NCBI GenBank assembly: GCA_008369845.1
Contig: MRSU01010809.1
Location: 1 to 38,590 of the forward strand
From: Trichomonas gallinae
Lineage: Eukaryota
Length of the DNA: 38,590 nucleotides
Reading direction: 5' to 3'
Of this stretch, positions 30,121 to 38,590 are shown one piece after another (the first letter of the stretch is position 1; the number at the start of each line of letters is the position of its first letter). The notes beneath the pieces were generated by a model. The model saw only the letters and a program-made list of their open reading frames with translations. It was not told the DNA's origin and did no database searches. A program made the translations under genes and the position numbers.

Positions 30121-33100
30121 TTAATCAGAGTCTGTGAATTCGAACTTATTCCTATTATAAACAGGAATCTTTGATGGTGCTGGACTCTTTGCTCCGCTGT
30201 CCTTTCTAACTATATCCCTCACATGCGGCGGAGGAGGAACGTCAATGCCATCATCAGAGTCGTCATCTACAACTAGTTTCTTCGGCTGCTGTTTTGGCTT
30301 CTTGAATGGGTTGTCGTGTAAAGGAGGTGGACCGACTGGTTTCTTCTGTGGCGATTTCTTGATAAGAGGAGCAACGTGTGGAGGCGGAGAAGGTGAAGAA
30401 TCATTATAGTCTTCGCTGTCTGAAAACTCATATTTCTTTTTCGGAACTTTTTCAGGTGTCTTCTGTTGTTGTGGAGGCTTTTGGATGACTTTCTTTGGCA
30501 GCAAATTTGGCGGTGGTGCTTCTATTGGAGGAGAGTGTTTGATTTTCATTGGCATCGGTGGAGGTGAGAAATATTCCTCTTCCTCTTCTTCAACTTTGAT
30601 TCTGTCGATTTCCGGACCTGCACCTGTTATAGATAATTTCTTTCGTGGCTTCTCAGGCTCTGGAGATGCTGAAGATATAGATAGCTTCTTTTTTGGCTTC
30701 TCTGACTCTGAATATGATGACCTTGGCTTGGATCTTTTTGATGGTTTCTGAGGAGGTTCTTCGTCATCGTCGTTGATTTGCTTTCTGACGAATTTCGGAG
30801 CTCTTTCCGATGGATCTACTGACTCGTCGTATTCAGAAGAATCGTCGCTCGAATCACTGAAGTCCATCGGAAGAACTCTCGCTAACTCTTTCTTCGAAAT
30901 CCTTCTTGTTCTTATCTCGAAGTCATCGTCGCTGTCGTCTGTCTTCTTTATCTTCCTGTAGTCATCGTCGTTGTCATTATCATTGATCTGCCTCTTCTTA
31001 AGCGGAGGAGCTTTCTTCTTAGGCTTGACTTCGTCCTCTTTTTCGACTTTTTCAACTGGTTTCTCGTCTTCGAAAAGAAAAACTGCTCTTTCTACTGGTT
31101 TCTTTTCTTCGACTTTTTCTTGCTTCTCGAATAAAGTGTTAAAGTCTGGATTCATCGTAGTGAATGGGACTCCTTTGTACGTCTCAGCGTCCTCTTCAAT
31201 GAATCTCTCCAATGAAGGAGTTTCGTAGATTTTTACTTTTTCTGGGTTGTCAATGAGTTTGACGCCCTCTGGCTCCTCAAACTTGTCTCCTTGGAATGGA
31301 AGAGGGACGTGGAACTCTTCGCACGCCATTGAGTGGACAACAAGCTTTCTTCCCCTGACTTTTCGAGTTTCTGCTTTCGTGATTTCTTCGATTAAAGCGA
31401 TAACATCTTCTGATGCATCGAAAGGAAGGTCACTGGGCATGTTTTGGGCCACTCTGTGGTTGGAAACTTTAGTTGCAATGTTTACTTGTTGATTTGAGAT
31501 CATTGAAATTAAATGTGCTTGATCTTTCTGTTTCTTTGAGTCTACAAAGTTCTTTCCATCAACAACTGGATATGAAAATGTTATAAGACTCTCATTTTGA
31601 TCAATAACTGGAATTAAATCTTCAATTTTCTCAAATTCAGTAATTCCGTTTCCATCTATCTTTAATGACTTTAAATTCCTGCACTGTGAGATAACTGCAG
31701 AAAGAAGAGGAATGATTTCGTTCTTTCCGAGGTTATTTGTAACATCTAAGCTTTCAAGTTGTGCGCATTGAGCTGCAACCTGCAGGAAAGGAACTAATTC
31801 GCGGCCAAGCTTCTTATCCTGGCTACCTTGAACGACAACTTTCTTAATGTGAGGATTCAAAAAGAATCTTCCGAGTAATTCTCCGATTCCCTTCATTTTC
31901 TCGTTGAAGTTGCCGCTCAAAGAGATGACCTCGAGGTTGTGCATCTTCTTGACTAGAGCCAAAAGTGTCTCTACGTCTTCTATTGTGAGATTGTTGCCAT
32001 TCAACGAAATCTCGATCCATTTTTCGCGGTGAGAGGAAAGGAAGGCTCTTAGTATAGGCAGTAAATCGTTGTTGGTTATCGTGAGACGATCTAAAATGAT
32101 CCTGAATGATTTGATGTTGACATTATCTGAAATTGTTGAAATTATCGTCGAAATGTTGGCTTTTGTAAGATTTGTTCCACTGATATCGAGTTTTTCAATT
32201 GTTGATGATGTCCTAAGGACAAAACAGATGACTTCAAATGCAGAAGCTGAGATTTGATTATCATTAAGCAAAAGTGTCTTTAATGGCATCTTATATGAGC
32301 AGAAAGAGCGAAGTACTTGATCCATTCCTTGTCCCGAGTGTGAAAGATCCAATGTCTGCAACTCAAACCTTGAATCTTTGTTTGCGTTCTCCAAAAACTC
32401 GGTTATATGCTTTTGAACATTGACATCCTGGAACGGGAAGCCCTGGAGGAACAAATGCCTGATTCCGTAGAAGTTTTGGTTCCTTGAAATAACATCCCAA
32501 ATTTTTGCAGCGATTTTCGGCTGAATGTTCATTTTTGATAGATTCAGAAGATAAACCGGTTTCTGGTTGTATGAAAGGACCTCAGCAAAAGACTGCAAAT
32601 CGGTTATGTTTGGATTCCCAGATAAATCCCAATAATTAACATTGAATTCTGAGTTGCTTCTCGCGTTCTTTGAGAGGTTATTGAAGCTCCCAGTGATGCC
32701 ACAGTTGTTAAAATGAACAATTCTGAAGTTTGTCCCTAATTTTATGAATTCAGTCATTAAATCAATGAGATTTGACTTTTTAATGTCTGAGCAGCAGATT
32801 CCTGACAGAAAATTCATCTCTCCAAGTGTTGTAAACATTGGTTTTATTATACTTGATTGTTCTCTTGGATTTGAATAGTCAATAGGGAGCTGCGATATGT
32901 CGATTATAGTGTTCTGACTGAGTAGCATAGTGTGAACGTAACGAACGACTTGATGATTGTAAGGAACTCCCATTTTTACGCATGCAGCGAGATAAGTAAG
33001 CTGAAACTGCTGTGTTGGCGAGAGCGGGAGTTCTAGACGTGGGAATAATGATGTATCTCGGCATTTTAATGTCAAAACATTCTTATCGATCATCGCTGAA

Positions 33101-33477
33101 AATGAAAGTTGATAATTTCTATATAAAAGTTGTGCGAATTTCAATCCTTGTGCTGCGTATAAGATAATGTTGTGATCATTAGATTGAACAAGAACATATT
33201 GCTCATCTGTATAACCAATCAATGTTATATCGCCAATGAATACGGAACAATATAGTTTAAATGCGTCCCCTTTCTTCTTTTGCTGGTATAGATTCACAAA
33301 GTGTGGTGATAATGCAACTGCTGAGTTCGCAATCAGTTTTGCATTCCATCTTACTTGTGATCTAAACATAAGATGAAGAGGAATCTCTATTTCCTGAAAG
33401 GACGACGTGATGCTGTTAGTCTCCTTGTCGCTAAATGTCTGATCTTCAATAGGAGCATCAAATCCGTAAAAACTCAT
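30121..33477 (-). CDS. Leucine-rich repeat protein, CARMIL-like architecture (PH-like N-terminus, RI-type LRRs, acidic/Pro-rich tail)
   Basis: LRRs WDLSGN, LQTLDLSH, LKTLLLNDN, IEKLDISGT, LEVISLSGN, LESLDVTNN, LKSLKIDGN; linker TYLAAC; disordered tail with PPPP and D/S tracts. ATG at 33477. Confidence 0.82.
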   Translation of the reverse strand: MSFYGFDAPIEDQTFSDKETNSITSSFQEIEIPLHLMFRSQVRWNAKLIANSAVALSPHFVNLYQQKKKGDAFKLYCSVFIGDITLIGYTDEQYVLVQSNDHNIILYAAQGLKFAQLLYRNYQLSFSAMIDKNVLTLKCRDTSLFPRLELPLSPTQQFQLTYLAACVKMGVPYNHQVVRYVHTMLLSQNTIIDISQLPIDYSNPREQSSIIKPMFTTLGEMNFLSGICCSDIKKSNLIDLMTEFIKLGTNFRIVHFNNCGITGSFNNLSKNARSNSEFNVNYWDLSGNPNITDLQSFAEVLSYNQKPVYLLNLSKMNIQPKIAAKIWDVISRNQNFYGIRHLFLQGFPFQDVNVQKHITEFLENANKDSRFELQTLDLSHSGQGMDQVLRSFCSYKMPLKTLLLNDNQISASAFEVICFVLRTSSTIEKLDISGTNLTKANISTIISTISDNVNIKSFRIILDRLTITNNDLLPILRAFLSSHREKWIEISLNGNNLTIEDVETLLALVKKMHNLEVISLSGNFNEKMKGIGELLGRFFLNPHIKKVVVQGSQDKKLGRELVPFLQVAAQCAQLESLDVTNNLGKNEIIPLLSAVISQCRNLKSLKIDGNGITEFEKIEDLIPVIDQNESLITFSYPVVDGKNFVDSKKQKDQAHLISMISNQQVNIATKVSNHRVAQNMPSDLPFDASEDVIALIEEITKAETRKVRGRKLVVHSMACEEFHVPLPFQGDKFEEPEGVKLIDNPEKVKIYETPSLERFIEEDAETYKGVPFTTMNPDFNTLFEKQEKVEEKKPVERAVFLFEDEKPVEKVEKEDEVKPKKKAPPLKKRQINDNDNDDDYRKIKKTDDSDDDFEIRTRRISKKELARVLPMDFSDSSDDSSEYDESVDPSERAPKFVRKQINDDDEEPPQKPSKRSKPRSSYSESEKPKKKLSISSASPEPEKPRKKLSITGAGPEIDRIKVEEEEEEYFSPPPMPMKIKHSPPIEAPPPNLLPKKVIQKPPQQQKTPEKVPKKKYEFSDSEDYNDSSPSPPPHVAPLIKKSPQKKPVGPPPLHDNPFKKPKQQPKKLVVDDDSDDGIDVPPPPHVRDIVRKDSGAKSPAPSKIPVYNRNKFEFTDSD

Positions 33478-34040
33478 TTTTTTGATGAAAAATGTAAACA
33501 AAAATGCGAAATAGAAAATTCGGATTTTCTTTGATATTTCGATTTGTTACATGAAAATAATGCTAAATCCAAAGTTTTTCGAAATAACGAAGTTTTTTTT
33601 TGTTGCTTTTTTCATGTTGAATATTCTATTAGATTATAGCTTTAATAATCGAAATTTTGTAAAATTGGAAAATTTTCTGCGTAATTTTTATGAAATTTTT
33701 AAATCAAAAACATTATAATAACATTTCAACCCTAAATTATCCAAATATCAGATACACACTCTCGTATATGCTACTGGTTCTATTCCAAATTGTTATTTTA
33801 GAATTTTTTATTTCATGAAAATATTTCGTTCAAATAACTTTTTTGATTCTAAAATATTAATAAGAAAGCTCAATGTTTTTGTTTTATCAACTAGTCAATG
33901 AATAAACAATTAAATTATAAAATTATTGAATTCGAAATCTGAAAATTAAATAATTTAGATGATTTTTAAAGAATTGGGTTATGACAATAATGAAAATTGT
34001 TTACATTGACTATGGTAATAAAATTAATGAATAAAAAAAA

Positions 34041-36452
34041 TTATAATACTAATAATGATCTTAATGCCGCAATTTGGTTTGCAAGTTCTTTGTGTACAGA
34101 AACAGCCTCTATGATCTGAAGCATGGCCTCCTTAGGGCAAACAAGTCCTCCGTGTAGCAATCTCGCAGTCAGGTGAGATGCACAAGTAATAGACTTGCAA
34201 GCTGTGACTAATACAGACGCACCAAATGGATTGTTTGAGTATTTAGTCGCGATGCCATCGATGATGTCTGTTGGCATGACGACGCCTTTCCTCGCCATTC
34301 CAGCTGCTGTCACGAAGCCGGCGTTTCTCAGCGATTTGTCTGTTGATCCGATCAAATATCTGATCGTGTCTATTGGCACTTCAGCGACTTTGCCCATTCC
34401 TACTATAGCCCTCAATGCGCTGAGTATGAGCATGTTGTCCTGTCCTTGGAGGATCTTCGTGCACATAGAGAAGACGCTCTTCGCATAATTCCCTGGGCAG
34501 CCCTTTCTTCCGATGACTTCCAATGCCAACATAATCTCGTCTCTTTCCAGCGGCAAAGATAAGACTTGTGCGGCAGCTCCGTTCTTGCACGATGCGACAA
34601 CTAATGCTTCATCGACGACTTCATCACCTGTTGGAATCAACTGGAGGATTTTAGATACCTGATCTGGATGGATGTCGTCGATTGTTCTGAGTTTCTTGGC
34701 GGCATCTACACCTCTAGATGTGAAAATGAAGGCGAGAAGGCCTCTGACGAAATATTGGCCGCCTCTTCTTCCTCTTTCGTTTAAGACAATCCAGCACGAT
34801 TCCACTGAGTCCGGAGGGATTCCGTCCTGTTCGATTGTTTCGACGAATGTCGAAAAGTGCTCCAATCTGTTTGGATCGCTGGACATCAAAGACATACAGC
34901 TCTGTAGTGACTCTGTAGCCTGCTGAGCGGCCTGATCATCTTCGTGTTCTTTGATGTATTTTGCTAATACGTCCATATTGCAGCCTGGAAGAGCGATCTT
35001 GAGTGTCTTGAACTTGCGGACGATTTCTGCGAAGTTTGGCCTCATAGTTGGGTTCCTTGCCCAGCATTGTCTTATTAATTCTGCGAATGGAGCTGGTGCA
35101 TCACGCGGAATAGCTGGTCTGAGGTCGTTCATCATGACCTGCGCGACGATCTGCATTGGCTCCATGCCGTGGTATGGGATTTCCTTGGCTAGAGCCTCCC
35201 ACATAACAATAGCATATGCGTAAACATCGACTTTCGTGTCATACTGTGCGCCTGGTGTCTGTGGGCCGTTGGTGGCGAGTAATTCAGGAGCCATCCAGTG
35301 TGGAGTGCCAACATTCATCGTCATTAGCTGATTTGAATCGATTTGTTTAGAAAATCCGAAATCACTGAGTTTTGCGCGCTTGTCGGCGTCAATAAGCACG
35401 TTGAGTGTTTTGAGGTCTCTGTGAATGATGTTTTGGGCATGCAAGAATTTCATGGCTCTTGCAACGTCGTATAAAGCGATTGTAAGGTCTGTAGGGTTAA
35501 GGCTGTGATTCTGGTGGATGTCATAGTAAAGAGTTCCGCCTGGCATATATTGTGTAACGACGCAAAATGGCGGAGTGTCTGTAGCACCGATGAATTTGAG
35601 GATTGTCGGGTGCACTGCTGTAGCTAAGATTGAGAGTTCACGCTGAAAAGCTTGTAATTGTGGTCCGGTAAGTTTTTCGTATTTTAATTTCTTAATGGCG
35701 ACGAGTTCGTTTGTAGGAGTGTAATATCCACTATAAACAACGGCTGAAATACCTGAACCGATTTCCTTTTCGTATAATAAATCAGAATGTTTCAATCTCC
35801 AATTTTGATAATTGAGTGGAATTGGAGAGAAAACTGCCAAACCGGACTGTGCGGCTTCTGTCTGGCTGTACTGGTTAAGGAATGCATTTATGCTGCAAAG
35901 TCGTGAATTTACGAATTCGATAACTGTTGGATCTTGATTTGGCGTGATTAAGAACTGTTGAAAGCTTGTTTCTATGGCGCGTAAGTCGAGAATATGCAGT
36001 TGAATCCACTGAGAAGACGTAGAATTAAGGAATTGGGAACCTACCGGGTCCAATACTGCAGTTTTTTCCATTAAGCTTTGTGTAAGTGTACAGAGCTCAG
36101 ATGGTACGCTGGATGATGGGTTTTCGAGTGCCGTAGATGCCCAGGATTGTAAAGTATTTTGTTTAAATAATTCAATATAGTTCTTATATGCGTCAGCAAC
36201 GACAAATCTGTAAGCTTCATATTGTTCTCGTGTCATCATTGTCTTATTCGCGATTGTCATGAAGTGATCAGTAAACTGGCGAAATTGCGAAACTGCAAGC
36301 TTGAATTTTCTTCTATGTGCGACAGCCTGCTGCACGGCATTCTCTATAGTCGAACAGACAAACCTGAACTGTGCAGCAGCGGCTTCTAATGTTGGTTGCT
36401 GCATTTTTTTCTGATGATTTCTTTTTTCGTTTGGGACTTTTTTCTCAGTCAT
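34041..36452 (-). CDS. TKL-family protein kinase with N-terminal helical domain and C-terminal ARM/HEAT-like region
   Basis: IGSGISAVV, VAIKKL, HRDLKTLN, DFG, GTPHWMAPE, KVDVYAY, CWARNPTMRPNF. An alternative start is ATG 36404, preceded by an A-run. Confidence 0.92.
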   Translation of the reverse strand: MTEKKVPNEKRNHQKKMQQPTLEAAAAQFRFVCSTIENAVQQAVAHRRKFKLAVSQFRQFTDHFMTIANKTMMTREQYEAYRFVVADAYKNYIELFKQNTLQSWASTALENPSSSVPSELCTLTQSLMEKTAVLDPVGSQFLNSTSSQWIQLHILDLRAIETSFQQFLITPNQDPTVIEFVNSRLCSINAFLNQYSQTEAAQSGLAVFSPIPLNYQNWRLKHSDLLYEKEIGSGISAVVYSGYYTPTNELVAIKKLKYEKLTGPQLQAFQRELSILATAVHPTILKFIGATDTPPFCVVTQYMPGGTLYYDIHQNHSLNPTDLTIALYDVARAMKFLHAQNIIHRDLKTLNVLIDADKRAKLSDFGFSKQIDSNQLMTMNVGTPHWMAPELLATNGPQTPGAQYDTKVDVYAYAIVMWEALAKEIPYHGMEPMQIVAQVMMNDLRPAIPRDAPAPFAELIRQCWARNPTMRPNFAEIVRKFKTLKIALPGCNMDVLAKYIKEHEDDQAAQQATESLQSCMSLMSSDPNRLEHFSTFVETIEQDGIPPDSVESCWIVLNERGRRGGQYFVRGLLAFIFTSRGVDAAKKLRTIDDIHPDQVSKILQLIPTGDEVVDEALVVASCKNGAAAQVLSLPLERDEIMLALEVIGRKGCPGNYAKSVFSMCTKILQGQDNMLILSALRAIVGMGKVAEVPIDTIRYLIGSTDKSLRNAGFVTAAGMARKGVVMPTDIIDGIATKYSNNPFGASVLVTACKSITCASHLTARLLHGGLVCPKEAMLQIIEAVSVHKELANQIAALRSLLVL

Positions 36453-37042
36453 CTCACATTTTTATTTTTGCGATTTTTGGTATATTTGTGTTCTAAAAAT
36501 ACCAAAAATCAAATAAATTTTTACTATGATGTAACAAAATTATTTTTGCAATTTTATTTGATAATATTGTGTATTATATACTATTATTAGGATATTTTTA
36601 GTCAATTTGAAAAAATAATCATTTTCAAAACTAGAAAAATGTCTTTTTATTGTTATTATATATATAATATCATACCATTGCATATTTTATTGTCAAAATA
36701 TGATTTTGTAAAAACAATCTAAAAATCAAAAATATACATATTTATATCGATTATATTTTATATTTTTAATAAATTTGAGAAAAGGCACAAATAAAGAAAA
36801 TTATTATAATATAATTTGTGAAACCTGATATTTGATATGTGTATAAGGAGTATATTATATATTTTAAATTATTTTGGCTGAAAACAAAAATTTTTTTTGC
36901 AACAATAAAAAATACGTGATTATGTAACGTTTGAATATGATGAAATAAGACAATATTAATGGTAGTTATCTGGATTTTAAAAACAGAAATGACATTTATT
37001 TCTAAAATTGAAGATAAATTAGAAACAAAAGCTATATTAATC

Positions 37043-38134
37043 TCATTCTTCATCCTCTTCTTCATTACCTTCCTTTGCCTCGCCTTTCTTCTTCTTCTTT
37101 TCTATCTGCTTCTTTAGTCTCATTGCCATAGCAACTCTTCTCTCAGCAATCATCCTTCTAAGGACTTGGATTCTCTCTGCTTCAGCGCTCTGTGTCTCCT
37201 GGTCAATCATCTGAGAAATCTGTTCGACTTCGTTATTAACCATTTCGTTAGCTTTGTCTTGTGCTGCCTGCGCCAGAGCTGCTGGGATTGAAGGCTTCTT
37301 TATCTCCTCTGCAACATTCTTGAATAGAATTGGCATGTATTCGTTATCAATTTCGCGTTCGATTTCATCATAGAAGTAATTAGTATTCTTAAGATGCTCC
37401 ATGACATCGTCTGCAAGATCCCATGTAAAGTATTCTGCGTAGCCGCGTGCGAGGACCTTTGCCCTTGCGGCAATCTGTGCTGCTTCGATTTTGAGCTTTT
37501 CTTGAACAATTCTCTCTTTTTCCGCAAATTTTTCTGCTTCAACGCGCTCGATGTTTGCAACCTTCTCTGCCTCTTTCTTGTCGGCCTGATCGAACGCACG
37601 TAAGTATCTTTCCATATTTGCAAGTTCCTGTTCTTCGTGGAACTCCATTGAAGCATCGTTGAGAGCCTTCTCGACCAGGGCTCTCACGAATGGCTGTACT
37701 TCCTTCTCAAAATCGAATAAATCTGTTCCTTGGGTTTTCGTTTTAACAGAAACAGCTGTCAAAGGAGCTGGCTTGCGGTGAATAATCTTTGGCTCGGTGT
37801 AAGGATCAGTCTGAATGCCGATCTCTGAATCTTGCTTTTCAATTAAAATATTATTTTCATCAAATGGGTCTGTTTGAGCTCCGCTCCACCTGAAACCTTC
37901 AGGAGGGCCCTCTTGAACGACCTCCATGTTCCTCGATTGTACTTTTCTGCCGTATGACGGGATTTTTTCGATTTTTTCAGTTAACACGTTTCTTCGCTCG
38001 TAAGTTGAGCCTTTGTAAATGCGAGGATCGTGAGCTATGTTGCACAACTGCTGCGTCGGCGCAAGCGTGTCGCGGTATTTAGGTCTGTCTTGAACTGGGC
38101 GGGCGCTCGCTTGATAAGAGAACGTTCCTTCCAT
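37043..38134 (-). CDS. RSP3: Flagellar radial spoke protein 3
   Basis: FSYQASARPV, NIAHDPRIYKGSTY, two QTD motifs, TQGTDLFDFEKEVQPFVRALVEKALNDASMEFHEEQEL, then coiled coil and YFYDEIEREI. Confidence 0.88.
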   Translation of the reverse strand: MEGTFSYQASARPVQDRPKYRDTLAPTQQLCNIAHDPRIYKGSTYERRNVLTEKIEKIPSYGRKVQSRNMEVVQEGPPEGFRWSGAQTDPFDENNILIEKQDSEIGIQTDPYTEPKIIHRKPAPLTAVSVKTKTQGTDLFDFEKEVQPFVRALVEKALNDASMEFHEEQELANMERYLRAFDQADKKEAEKVANIERVEAEKFAEKERIVQEKLKIEAAQIAARAKVLARGYAEYFTWDLADDVMEHLKNTNYFYDEIEREIDNEYMPILFKNVAEEIKKPSIPAALAQAAQDKANEMVNNEVEQISQMIDQETQSAEAERIQVLRRMIAERRVAMAMRLKKQIEKKKKKGEAKEGNEEEDEE

Positions 38135-38241
38135 TTCTAAAAAATACGTTATTATTTTACTCCTTCATATTTCGCCATGCCGACTTAATATTTTATATAT
38201 CTACACGATATATAATAACAATATCACGAAAAATTGTGAAC

Positions 38242-38482
38242 TTGTCGCTGAAAATAAATTTATTCAAAATATTAAAGTAGAATTTATAACGTTAGATGTT
38301 TATTTTATATATATTCATTGAATTTATAACATGTGTAAGATAAAATATTATATATTTGTCGCTGAAAATAAATTTTATCAAAATTTTGAATTAAAATTTC
38401 AAGTTTTATGTGCTTATTTTCTGAATGATTATTGTATTTATAATATGTTTGTGATAAAATATTTACAATTTGTCGCTGAAAA
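38242..38482. repeat. Degenerate 114-bp tandem repeat (2 units plus start of a third) with invariant TTGTCGCTGAAAA head
   Basis: TTGTCGCTGAAAA at 38242, 38356 and 38470 (spacing 114, 114). Units 1 and 2 align essentially without gaps. Confidence 0.85.
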
Positions 38483-38520
38483 AAAAAATAATATAATATT
38501 GAACTATGAGATTAAGGATG

Positions 38521-38590
38521 TCGAAAAGTGGGGTGGGGTACCCCATGTTTTTAAAATGATGGGGTATGGGGTATTGTCACTTTTTCGCGA
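38521..38590. other. G-run/palindromic element
   Basis: Four GGGG runs (38530, 38535, 38561, 38568), palindrome TGGGGTACCCCA (38534-38545), and TGTCACTTTT at 38575. Confidence 0.55.

Noticed and set aside
36766..37065. AT-rich ORFs in intergenic DNA (also 15566-15757, 3721-3939, 28513-28776)
   Set aside because: I/F/N/K/Y-rich composition typical of random AT-rich sequence.
1..38590. Transposase, integrase, tRNA or spliceosomal intron
   Set aside because: None recognised by eye; all long genes are uninterrupted ORFs.

Overview
AT-rich, intron-free eukaryotic DNA that reads like a trichomonad (Trichomonas vaginalis or a close relative). This is an inference from short intergenic regions, TAAA-overlapping stop codons, TCAYT Inr-like elements, type I membrane GP63 paralogues, CAMK/TKL kinases and a flagellar radial spoke protein. 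The left third (1-14 kb) is a surface-protein region. It holds the end of a Ser/Thr/Pro mucin-like membrane protein, a GH27 alpha-galactosidase, and a GP63/leishmanolysin (M8) cluster. In that cluster two intact paralogues lacking all zinc ligands each sit head-to-head with an HExxH-type paralogue (one intact, one decayed), plus further remnants. The remainder carries housekeeping/signalling genes: CAMK kinase, long-chain acyl-CoA synthetase, TPR protein, multi-pass membrane protein, SH3/DOCK-like GEF, CID-domain (RPRD1/Rtt103-like) protein, CARMIL-like LRR protein, TKL kinase and RSP3. The most striking non-coding signals are a co-oriented array of TGTCACTTTT motifs with upstream ATGs in front of the CID gene, and a 114-bp tandem repeat followed by a G-run/palindrome element at the right edge. 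All assignments are by eye; no searches were run.
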